Of a DNA stretch of 64,000 nt, positions 51,776 to 62,986 are shown piece after piece (within the stretch, counting starts at the first letter, position 1; each line of letters opens with the position of its first letter). This DNA is from Macrostomum lignano (lineage: Eukaryota). The notes beneath the pieces were generated by a model that saw only the letters and a list, made by a program, of their open reading frames with translations, was not told the DNA's origin and searched no databases. Made by a program: the position numbers and the translations under genes. The stretch covers positions 1 to 64,000 of the forward strand of contig NIVC01002442.1 in the NCBI GenBank assembly GCA_002269645.1, written 5' to 3'.

Positions 51776-54700
51776 CAGACAGACAGGCAGGCAGACAGGC
51801 AGGCAGCCACTTACAGTCCGGGCAGAGGACACCAGCAGTGCCAGGGTGAGAATCTGTGACCAGGCGAAGCCGGCATGCCGGAGCCGCGGTCCGAGCAGCC
51901 GCAGCAGCAGCCAATCCCAGCAGCGGCGGTGGCCCAGCGCCAGGGGCATCAGGACGCACATGTAGGGAGTCCAGAAGTACTTCATGCGCAGAGTTGTGTA
52001 GCCCAGAATGGCGAACACCGTGCACTGGACTGCGTGGATGAGGAAAATGAAGCAGTGGGAGAGACGCCTAACATAAAATGCTTTAGAAAACTCAATTACA
52101 TTTTCTCCCAAGTGCAGCCAGTCCTATCCAATCCCGGCCATCCCATCCCATCTCACCCCATATAATCCTACCCCATCAAATTCCATCCCATCCCATCTGA
52201 CCCCATATAATCCTACCCCATCAAATTCCATCCCATCTCGTCTCACCCCATATAATCCTACCCCATCAAATTCCATCCCATCCCATCTCACCCCATATAA
52301 TCCTACCCCATCAAATTCCATCCCATCTCGTCTCACCCCATATAATCCTACCCCATCAAATTCCATTCCATCCTATCTCACCCCATATAATCCTACCCCA
52401 TCAAATTCCATCCCATCCCATCTCACCCCATATAATCGTACCCCATCAAATTCCAACCCATCCTATCTCACCCCATATAATCGTACCCCATCAAATTCCA
52501 TCCCATCCCATCTCACCCCATATAATCCTACCCCATCAAATTCCATCCCATCTCGTCTCACCCCATATAATCCTACCCCATCAAATTCCATTCCATCCTA
52601 TCTCACCCCATATAATCCTACCCCATCAAATTCCATCCCATCCCATCTCACCCCATATAATCGTACCCCATCAAATTCCAACCCATCCTATCTCACCCCA
52701 TATAATCGTACCCAATCAAATTCCATCCCATCCCATCTCACCCCATATAATCCTACCCCATCAAATTCCATCCCATCTCGTCTCACCCCATATAATCCTA
52801 CCCCATCAAATTCCATCCCATCCCATCTCACCCCATATAATCCTACCCCATAAAATTCCATCCCATCTCGTCTCACCCCATATAATCCTACCCCATCAAA
52901 TTCCATCCCATCCCATCTCACCCATATAATCCTACCCCATCAAATTCCATCCCATCCCATCTCACCCCATATAATCCTACCCCATCAAATTCCATCCCAT
53001 CCCATCTCACCCCATATAATCCTACCCCATCAAATTCCAACCCATCCCATCTCACCCCATATAATCCTACCCCATCAAATTCCATCCCATCCCATCTCAC
53101 CCCATATAATTCTACCCCATCAAATTCCAACCCATCCCATCTCACCCCATATAATCCTACCCCATCAAATTCCATCCCATCCCATCTGACCCCATATAAT
53201 CCTACCCCATCAAATTCCATCCCATCCCATCTCACCCCATATAATCGTACCCCATCAAATTCCAACCCATCCTATCTCACCCCATATAATCGTACCCAAT
53301 CAAATTCCATCCCATCCCATCTCACCCCATATAATCCTACCCCATCAAATTCCATCCCATCTCGTCTCACCCCATATAATCCTACCCCATCAAATTCCAT
53401 CCCATCCCATCTCACCCCATATAATCCTACCCCATCAAATTCCATCCCATCTCGTCTCACCCCATATAATCCTACCCCATCAAATTCCATCCCATCCCAT
53501 CTCACCCATATAATCCTACCCCATCAAATTCCATCCCATCCCATCTCACCCCATATAATCCTACCCCATCAAATTCCATCCCATCCCATCTCACCCCATA
53601 TAATCCTACCCCATCAAATTCCATCCCATCCCATCTCACCCCATATAATCCTACCCCATCAAATTCCATCCCATCCCATCTCACCCATATAATTCTACCC
53701 CATCAAATTCCAACCCATCCCATCTCACCCCATATAATCCTACCCCATCAAATTCCATCCCATCCCATCTGACCCCATATAATCCTACCCCATCAAATTC
53801 CATCCCATCTCATCTCACCCTATCCTATTCCACCCATTCCATCTCATCCCATCCCATTTCACTCTATTCAATCCCATCCCACCCACCACCAATCCCATCT
53901 CATTCCTTCTGATCTCACCCCATCCATTTCACTCCAGTCCATCCCATCCCACCACATCCCATCCCACCCCACCCCTCACCAGCATGGTAGGCCAGCTCCG
54001 GATGCCGTGCAAAGCCGTCCAGAGCCTCGCGCCAGGCGCTGGGGCGCTCAAACTTGCCGCCGCTGTCGGTGCGCTGTCCCCGCTGGCAGCCACGCCGTTG
54101 GCCTCGTCAGCGTCGGAGGCGGCGTCGGGCGGGCGAAGCAGGGAGTGGAGGAAGCCGGCCAGAGTGAGCAGGAAGAGAGCGGCGTGGACGATCAGGTAGG
54201 GCTGCAGCAGGTAGGTGGCGGCCAGGTCAGTAAAGGTGGACCAAGGCAGCCAGACGAATGCGCCAGCGCAGTTGTACATGCGAACGTCAAAGTCGCTGCA
54301 AGTAGCGTAGTCGGGACATGGCAATTTGAAATTGAGTAAACTCCTGAAAAAAATGTTAAACAAAATAAATGATCCAGCTCACTCATCGTAGCCGTAGCCC
54401 AGCTTCATCATAACGAACTTGTAGATGTGGCTATCGGCATCGTGGCGAATCACCAGCTGCAATGGAGAAGAATTTTTTCTATACATATAGGCTACTATGC
54501 TAAATAGTAATTTACACAACATATCGGCTGTGGAGTCAAGCTAATATGCTAAATAGTAATTTACACAACATATCGGCTGTGGAGTCAAGCTAATATGATA
54601 AATAGTAATTTACACAACATATCCGCTGTGGAGTCAAGCTAATATGATAAATAGTAATTTACACAACATATCGGCTGTGGAGTCAAGCTAATATGATAAA

Positions 54701-57102
54701 TAGTAATTTACACAACATATCGGCTGTGGAGTCAAGCTAATATGCTAAATAGTAATTTACACAACATATCGGCTGTGGAGTCAAGCTAATATGATAAATA
54801 GTAATTTACACAACATATCGGCTGTGGAGTCAAGCTAATATGCTAAATAGTAGTTAGTAGTTTACACAATATATCGGCTATGGCGTCAAGCTACTATGCT
54901 AAATAGTAATTTACATAACATATCGGCTGACCTTAAGCACAGTCTGGCAGACGGCGAAGGCCAGCAGGCAGACCCAGGCCTGGCAGGCGACGCGGCTTAG
55001 CCGGGCGAGACGGCCGGCCGAGCCAAAGCCGGGCAGCAGCCAGCGCCGGCTAACGGCGACAGACAGCGCGCCAGACAGGCAGACTGAGAGCGCGGGCGCC
55101 GTCAGCAGCATGGGGTTGCCGAACTGCAGCAGGGACACCAGCAGAAGGCTGCCAGCAACTGTTAGTAGGAAAGCAAAGGCCTGAAAAAAACAAAACAGAA
55201 AATTTTTTTTCAATAAAAGTAAGATATATGCCCCTCACCTACTGCCAGTAGAAAGTAAAGCATATTTTGCTAAAATAATCAACTGCAGTGAAAAAAAAGA
55301 AATTCGCTATATCGCCTACTATAAGTAGGCAAAATGAAATTAGGCACCTTTCTGAACTGCACAAATCCAATGGCGGAGGCGGTCAGCACAGACAGCGACT
55401 GTAGCAGCAGTACGAACTGGTTGAATTGCCAGAACAGCGTGAACAGAAAACAGCAGATCTGCGCGCCAAGCAGTGAGACTCTCTGAAGACCGCATGCCCG
55501 CGTGAATGGGATTAGTCCGTGCGAATTAAAATCAATCAATCAATTAATCGCACTAATCTCACAACATTTGTCCCACCTCTCGTGCAGAGCCGCGAACGCT
55601 GGCCCGGGAGAAATAGACAGAGAGGTAGAACAGCTGCAGCCACAGGAATGGCAGTGAGAAGTGCTCGCGCAGGGCGTGAGTTGAGCTTAGCCGAGTCGTG
55701 TGCATGCTGCGGAACATAATTTTCATGTCAAAATGCGCTACTAACGGGATTCACGTTGTCAGTAGTAAAGGTCAATTAAAAAAAATAGTTCAAGCCACAT
55801 GACTACTGACTATATTGGGGTTATCAGTAGAATGATTTACAAATCTCTGAATACTCTGAGACCTCTGAATCTGGGGGAGGCAGGATCAGGGTGGGTGGGC
55901 AGGCAGGTTCAGGAGTGGGTGGGGGATGCAGGTTCAGAAGTGGTTGGGGGAGGCAGGTTCAGAAGTGGTTGGGGGAGGCAGGTTCAGAAGTGGTTGGGGG
56001 AGGCAGGTTCAGGGTGGGTGGGGGAGGCAGGTTCAGAAGTGGTTGGGGGAGGCAGGTTCAGGGGTGTGCAAGGAATTTGGTACTGTGCAGGCCCAAGCCG
56101 CAGCCCCAGCGCCTACCTGTTGAGAGTGTACATGACAGCGGCCAGCCGCAGCTCCAGCGCCTACCTGTTGAGAGTGTACATGACAGCGGCCAGCCGCAGC
56201 CCCAGCGCCTACCTGTTGAGAGTGTACATGACAGCGGCCAGCCGCAACCCCAGCGCCTACCTGTTGAGAGTGTACATGACAGCGGCCAGCCGCAACCCCA
56301 GCGCCTACCTGTTGAGAGTGTACATGACAGCGGCCAGCCGCAGCCCCAGCACCTACCTGTTGAGAGTGTACATGACAGCGGCCAGCCGCAGCCCCAGCAC
56401 CTACCTGTTGAGAGTGTACATGACAGCGGCCAGACAGCCGGCCAGCGGGGTGCCGGTGAGCTGCCAGGAGGTGGCAAACAGGCCGCAGATGAGCAGGCCG
56501 TTGAGGAAGAGCACCGAGTAGATGTAAAAGTAGATTGGCTGCAAATATGTCTACAAGGTTGGCGAGATAGGCGAGCGCTGCCGATATGTAGAGAAAAGAA
56601 CTTAACAGTGCAAGATTTTCGCACTCACCCCGAACCAGGTGTACCGGTACAGCAGCGCGAGCAGCACCTCCTGGTAGATGTTCATCCTGCTCAGCACGTT
56701 GATGGTGTCCGGGTGCTCAGTGGAGTTGTCCCTGACCAGCTCGAAGAGGCCCTGCCAGAGGCTGGGCGCCCGCACCAGCTGCTTGTAGTAGGAGTAGTAC
56801 AGCCCCTGCTCAGTGCGCAGCGAGATCTCCCGCTCCACCTCCTTGATGTTGGAGAAGTACAGCGTGGACTCGTGAATCTCGTTGGTCAGCCAGGCGAAGC
56901 CCCAGGCGCAGCCGAGCATCAGGCCGATGCCGGCCGTCCACTCCAGCACGGTTGCTAGGCAGCCGAGCCAGCCGGGGAGGCCTCCTTCGCTGTCGCCGGC
57001 AGCCGACAAGTCGCCGCTAGGCGGTCCGCCGGGAGCCTCCAGCGCTGACGAAGTCCCGCCGGAGAGGGAGCGCTGCCGCTTGGCCTTGCTGTACTTGCCC
57101 AT
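50254..57102 (-). CDS. DPY19: DPY19-family C-mannosyltransferase (DPY19L3/L4-like), about 793 aa, 10 coding exons, one apparent frameshift
   Basis: Exons 57102-56629, 56550-56405, 55706-55577, 55482-55348, 55180-54932, 54456-54383, 54343-53980, 52029-51815, 51386-51126, 50586-50254. Motifs RTEQGLYYSYYKQ, INVLSRMNIYQE, LREHFSLPF, WQFNQFVLLLQ, RMKYFWTPYMC, GSMQLLAGVKCCTGRRITNHPHYED, ILEDSIC. Confidence 0.93.
50580..51107 (-). repeat. 27-bp minisatellite repeating the acceptor junction of the last DPY19 exon, about 19 copies
   Basis: Unit CCACAG|CTGTACCAATCACCCGCCACC; the true exon starts CAG|CTGTACCAAATC. Confidence 0.95.
51398..51806. repeat. (GACA/GGCA)n tetranucleotide repeat filling a DPY19 intron
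   Basis: Directly visible. Confidence 0.97.
52140..53830. repeat. 45-bp minisatellite in DPY19 intron 7, about 37 copies
   Basis: Unit CCATCTCACCCCATATAATCCTACCCCATCAAATTCCATCCCATC with recurring variants; G-rich on the transcribed strand. Confidence 0.97.
54495..54925. repeat. 49-bp minisatellite in DPY19 intron 5, about 9 copies
   Basis: Unit TAAATAGTAATTTACACAACATATCGGCTGTGGAGTCAAGCTAATATGC. Confidence 0.96.
55870..56062. repeat. 25-bp repeat in DPY19 intron 2
   Basis: GGCAGGTTCAGAAGTGGTTGGGGGA-like units. Confidence 0.88.
56098..56434 (-). repeat. 48-bp minisatellite repeating the DPY19 exon-2 donor junction, 7 copies
   Basis: AACAG|GTAGG junction at 56404 (true site), 56356, 56308, 56260, 56212, 56164 and 56116. 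Confidence 0.96.
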
Positions 57103-57129
57103 GTGCTGCGGTGAGATGAGGCCGAGGAC

Positions 57130-57870
57130 TGCTGGATATTGGCTATGGACTGCTGGGTAGTAGCCTATGGACTGCTGGGTAGTGGCTATGGACTGCTGGA
57201 TAGTGGCTATGGACTGCTGGGTAGTGGCTATGGACTGCTGGGTAGTGGCTATGGACTGCTGGATATCGGCCATGGACTGCTGGGTAGTGGCTATGGACTG
57301 CTGGGTATTGGCCATGGACTGCTGGGTAGTGGCTATGGACTTCTGGATATTGGCCATGAACTGCTGGATATTGGCTATGGACTGCTAGATATTGGCCATG
57401 GACTGCTAGATATTGGCTATGGACTGCTGGATATTGGCCATGGACTGCTGGATATTGGCTATGGACTGCTGGATATTGTTATGGACTGCTGGATATTTGT
57501 CATGGACTGCTGGATATTTGCCATGGACTGCTGGATATTGGCCATGGACTGCTGGATATTTGTCATGGACTGCTGGATATTTGCCATGGACTGGTAGTAA
57601 TTAGTTATGGACTGCTAGTAATTGGCTATGGACTGCTGGATACTGGCTATGGACTGCTGGATACTGGCTATGGACTGCTGGATACTTGCCATGAACTATT
57701 AGATATTGGCCATGGACTGTTAGATATTGGTTATGGACTGTTGGCTAGTGGCTATGGACTGCTGGGTATTGACCATGGACTGTTGGTTATTTTCCATGGT
57801 CTGCTGGTATTTGGCCATGGACTGCTGGATATTGGTAGCTATGGACTGCTGGATATTGGCCAAGGACTGT
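57130..57870. repeat. 21-bp minisatellite between the Merlin-like stop and the DPY19 start
   Basis: GCTATGGACTGCTGGATATTG variants, about 35 copies. Confidence 0.95.
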
Positions 57871-58438
57871 TAACTATACAATGGAAAAGAAAGCCCGGAG
57901 AAGGCAGCGCATAGAATTCAGCCAGAAGCAGCAATCAGGAGGTGTATATTTGCACTCTGTAATACTGCATTCGAAAAAGTACAAACCAACAAAACAAAAA
58001 CTGAAGCTTTGGAAGTTCAGGGACCAAGGGGGGGGGGGCAGAGGCTGAGCCGCATGCGGAAGACTGCAACAGGAAAAGCTGCGAAGCAATCAGAAGCAAG
58101 ACAGTCAATGAGAATTCAACAACAACAAAAAACAGCAAACAAAGGCTTCAAAAAATTCAAAGAAAAGTATCCAAGCGATCTACAAAAAATAAAGACGAAA
58201 ATAATGTAAACGGCTCCCATGGCAGACTACTTGCAGTGCCAGCAGCTGTAAAACTGTGAGAAAATTATTTCATTGATTTTGATGAGGCTTAAAATTAGCG
58301 CGATTGATCTTGATCTCTAGTTTGCATGAGAACAGGCTCACAGCAAGCGAAAGACATTCCCTATCTAAAAAAGCGCTCTGAAAACTCAATGTGCGATTGC
58401 AGCAAATTTTCCTTTTTTAATTGAAGAAGACCCCGCCT

Positions 58439-61400
58439 TCACAGCTCGTCAAAGTAGGTCACGGCCGCTCGCGATCCGTTGCTAAGGCGACCGGCTCTGA
58501 TGCCGGGAGACGAGTGCTGTGGATTAAAGATTTTAGTGACATTGAAGCTCAACCAGGGATGGCAGAATCTGCAAATCTGCCCCTACTCAAACCAAAATCC
58601 GTCCCCCCACCAAAAGCAGAATCCGCAGCCCCACGAAACCGGAATCCGCCCCTCCCGAAGCCAGAATCCGCCCCTCCCGAAGCCAGGATCCACCCCTCCA
58701 GAAGCCAGAATTCGCCCCTCCCGAAGCCAGAATCCGCCCCAACCGGGATGAGAGAACGTCTCTCTTCTCAAGCCAGAATCCGCCCTTATCGAAATCAGAA
58801 TCCGCCCCTCCAGAAGCCAGAATCCGCCCCTCCAGAAGCCAGAATCCGCCCCTCCCAAAGCCAGAATCCGCCCCAACCGGGATGAGAGAACGTCTCTCTT
58901 CTCAAGCCAGAATCCACCCTTATCGAAATCAGAATCCACCCCTCCCGAAGCCAGAATCCGCCCCTCCAGAAGCCAGAATCCGCCCCTCCCGAAGCCAGAA
59001 TCCGCCCCTCCCGAAGCCAGAATCCGCCCCTCCCGAAGCCAGAATCCGCCCCTCCAGAAGCCAGAATCCGCCCCTCCCGAAGCCAGAATCCGCCCCTCCA
59101 GAAGCCAGAATCCGCCCCTCCAGAAGCCAGAATCCGCCCCTCCCGAAGCCAGAATCCGCCCCTCCCGAAGCCTGAATCCGCCCCTCCAGAAGCCTGAATC
59201 CGCACCTCCAGAAGCCTGAATCCGCCCCTCCAGAAGCCAGAATCCGCCCCTCCCGAAGCCAGAATCCGCCCCTCCCGAAGCCAGAATCCGCCCCTCCAGA
59301 AGCCAGAATCCGCCCCTCCAGAAGCCAGAATCCGCCCCTCCCGAAGCCAGAATCCGCCCCTCCAGAAGCCAGAATCCGCCCCTCCCGAAGCCAGAATCCG
59401 CCCCTCCAGAAGCCAGAATCCGCCCCTCCAGAAGCCAGAATCCGCCCCTCCCGAAGCCAGAAACCGACCCACCCGAAGCCAGAATCCGACCCTCCCGAAG
59501 CCAGAATCCGACCCACCCGAAGCCAGAATCCGACCCTCCCGAAGCCAGAATCCGACCCACCCGAAGCTAGAATCCGCCCCTCTGAAATCAGAAACCACGC
59601 CACAGAAAATGGCTGAAGAACCGCAGACCCCCGAAGCCTCACCGGACAGGACACGGCAGTCGAGTGCGTCACCACGCAGGGATCGGCAGCGGCAGAGGAG
59701 GGGGCGGCAGAGGAGGGAGCGGCAGCGGCAGCGCCACGCAGCCGGCCGGGATCGGCGCCCCCAAGGCGCGCGGCCTGCACGCGACTCCGCAGCTGGCGCA
59801 GGTCGGCCTCGAAGGCGGCGCTGCCGTCGGTGAAGAGCTGGCGCTCGGCCTGCAGGCGGGCCAGCAGCTCGGCAGTGCTCAGCCCGGAGGTCTCCTCCGT
59901 CTCAGCGTCAGCGGCCAGCGCGCCGAAGCCCTGCAGCTCAGCGCTGGAGTCGCTGGCGCCAGCAGAGCTCCAGACGCCCACAGAGCGCAGGAGGCTCTCC
60001 AGCTTGGCCAGCAGCGACTTCTCGCCCTGCCTGGCGTAAGCCAGCTGCTGCCGCAGGCAGTCCCGCTCCGCCTCGGTGACGCTCGCCTCCTCCGAGAGCG
60101 TCAGCAGCAGCGACTCGAACTGGCTGGCGCGCTCCGCCAGGCTCTGCTTCTCTGCTAGCAGCTGGGGTGATTGGCAAGGTAGACAGTGAGATTGGCAGGG
60201 TAGACAGTGAGATTGGCAGTGTAGACAGTGAGATTGACAGGGTAGACAGTGAGATTGACAGGGTAGACAGTGAGATTGGCAGGGTAGACAATGAGATTGA
60301 CAGGGTAGACAGTGAGATTGACAGGGTAGACAGTGAGATTGGCAGGGTAGACAATGAGATTGACAGGGTAGACAGTGAGATTGACAGGGTAGACAGTGAG
60401 ATTGGCAGGGCAGACAGTGAGATTGGCAGGGTAGACAGTGAGATTGGCAGGGTAGACAGTGAGATTGGCAAGGTAGACAGTGAGATTGGCAAGGTAGACA
60501 GTGAGATTGGCAGGGTAGACAGTGAGATTGGCAGGGTAGACAGTGAGCAAATTGGCGCACCTGAGCATGAATATGCCGCATGTGCGCGAGCTGTCTGTCC
60601 CGCTGCTCGCTAAGCATTTTCATCTCGTCCTCGGCCAGGCGCGCCCTCTCACTCAGCAGGCCCAGCATGGCCTCGGACTTGGCCAGCTGCTGGCCGAGCT
60701 GTCCCGCCTTCTCCTCAGCGGCGCCGCGAAGCCTCTCGGCGGCTGCCCGGCCTTCGACCTCCTTGGCCAGACGCTGCTTGTCCAGCAGCCGCCTGGCGCG
60801 CTCCTCCCTGGCCGTGGCGCGCATCTGCTGCCTCTCGATGGTGTCGGGCATCCGCCGGGTCATGTACAGCTCGTGGTTGCCGACGCACAGGCGCAGGATC
60901 TGCTTGCTGTCGGCTGGGCTGCCAGTCCAGAAGCTGACCGCGCGCCCGCCGCGGTGCTCGCCGCCGAAGCAGGTCGGTGGCTCGTCCGAGCCAGCCGAGG
61001 AAGCCGACGGCGCCTCATTGGCGACCAGGGTGAACTTCCGGTCTCGGCAGGACATGCGCCGGATGTCCGACCAGGCCAGCCTGCGGTGCGGCTTCACTAG
61101 CGAGGCCTGCTCGTAGAAGCTCACGCCGAAGCAGGAGATGCCGAGCCAGCTGGGCGGGTCGGAGTCTGGGCCCTGCGGGTGTGGCCGGTGGGGGAGCGAT
61201 CGAACTAGACCAAGACCTTCAATATTGGCAGAACAAAGACTCGGAAACAAGAAGAGCAGAACAAAGACTTCAAAAACAAGAAAAGCAGAACAAAGACTTC
61301 AAAAACAAGAAAAGCAGAACAAAGACTCAAAAAAAGCAAAGCAGAACAAAGACTCACATTGGCGTGGATGGGGAAGTACACCAAGCCGAACATCTCCAGG

Positions 61401-62986
61401 TCCTGTGACAGCCGCAGCATCTCAATCTGGGCTTCAACGCGGCCCAGACCGGCCAGATCTCTGTAGTGATCCCGCAGCTTCTCTGCGCAGGCGGCCGCGG
61501 TCTCCGGCTGCTGGGCCTGGGCGGGCAGCAGGCGGCCCAGCAGGTGGTCGCAGCCGACGGCCGGGTCGAAGTCGCCGAGCTCCGCCTGAGCTGCGTAGGC
61601 GGCCAGCAACGGTAGGAGGTCCGGGGAGGCTGCCCACTGCTGCCGGGTGAGCACTAGGTCCTTCACCTGCGGATTGCATGCGAAACTGCGTTGCTTAATC
61701 GCCATTTTACAGGTAAAATGCTGATGCTGCTACTGTCATAGCACCATCCCTCTCTGATCCCCATCAATCCTATCCCACTCTGATCCCACCAATCCTATCC
61801 CACTCTGATCCCCATCAATCCTATCCCACTCTGATCCCCATCAATCCTATCCCACTCTGATCCCCATCAATCCTATCCCACTCTGATCCCCATCAATCCT
61901 ATTCCACTCTGATCCCCATCAATCCTACCCCACTCTGATCCCACCAATCCTATCCCACTCTGATCCCCATCAATCCTATCCCACTCTGATCCCCATCAAT
62001 CCTATCCCACTCTGATCCCCATCAATCCTATCCCACTCTGATCCCCATCAATCCTATCCCACTCTGATCCCCATCAATCCTATCCCACTCTGATCCCACC
62101 AATCCTATCCCACTCTGATTCCCATCAATCCTATTCCACTCTGATCCCCATCAATCCTATCCCACTCTGATCCCATCAATCCTATCCCACTCTGATCCCC
62201 ATCAATATTATCCCACTCTGATCCCCATCAATCCTATCCCACTCTGATCCCCATCAATCCTATCCCACTCTGATCCCCATCAATCCTATCCCACTCTGAT
62301 CCCCATCAATCCTATCCCACTCTGATCCCATCAATCCTATCCCACTCTGATCCCCATCAATCCTATCTCACTCTGATCCCCATCAATCCTATCCCACTCT
62401 GATCCCCATCAATCCTATCCCACTCTGATCCCCATCAATCCTATCTCACTCTGATCCCCATCAATCCTATCCCACTCTGATCCCATCAATCCTATCCCAC
62501 TCTGATCCCCATCAATCCTATCCCACTCTGATCCCCATCAATCTTATCCCACCCACTCTGATCCCCATTAATCCTATCCCAATCTGATCCCCATTCAGAG
62601 CTATCCCACTCTGATTCCCATTCAGCTCTATCCCACTCTGATCCCCATTCAGCTCTATCCCACTCTGATCCCCATCAATCCTATCCCACTCTGATCCCAA
62701 ATTCCTTTCTGCACACCTCCAGGTAGAAGAGGTGCACAGTGGCCTCCAGCAACAGGTCCTCGCCGACGTCCTCCACCCAGAAGCGAACGTGAAAGAAAAA
62801 GTGCAGCGGGCAGCTGGCCGGCAAGCTTCGGACAACTTCGGACAGTCGCCTGTCTGGCCGAAGCCACCAGGAGCCGCTGCCACTGTCCGAGCCCGGCTCA
62901 CTGAACTGCAGACCAAAGTACCAGGTCTCGCGGATGCCAAAGGTGACACAGGCGAGGTTGAAGACATCCTGACCAGTGCACTTGGG
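58439..62986 (-). CDS. Merlin/NF2-like FERM-domain protein (first exon not found)
   Basis: Exons 62986-62717, 61666-61358, 61172-60561, 60161-59643, 58516-58439, all phase 0. Motifs GQDVFNLACVTFGIRETWYFGLQF, QDLEMFGLVYF, LCVGNHELYMTRRMPDTIERQQM; coiled coil; C-terminus AVTYFDEL* resembles merlin VAFFEEL rather than the ERM actin-binding tail. Confidence 0.85.
58585..59590. repeat. 22-bp minisatellite in the last Merlin-like intron
   Basis: Unit GAAGCCAGAATCCGCCCCTCC(C/A), with embedded longer duplications. Confidence 0.96.
60170..60546. repeat. 21-bp minisatellite filling a 399-nt Merlin-like intron
   Basis: Unit CAGGGTAGACAGTGAGATTGG, about 18 copies. Confidence 0.96.
61228..61356. repeat. 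Repeat of about 29 bp in a Merlin-like intron
   Basis: GCAGAACAAAGACTTCAAAAACAAGAAAA, about 4 copies, starting at the donor. Confidence 0.88.
61752..62698. repeat. 26-bp minisatellite in a Merlin-like intron, about 36 copies
   Basis: Unit ACTCTGATCCCCATCAATCCTATCCC. Confidence 0.97.

Noticed and set aside
50254-53684. Repeat-derived ORFs (CLSV, PQLYQS, MEFDGVGLYG)
   Set aside because: Intronic tandem repeats of DPY19.
58929-61250. 773-aa single-exon ORF
   Set aside because: Read-through of Merlin-like exons and repeat-filled introns; splice sites and the FDEL* terminal exon define the real gene.
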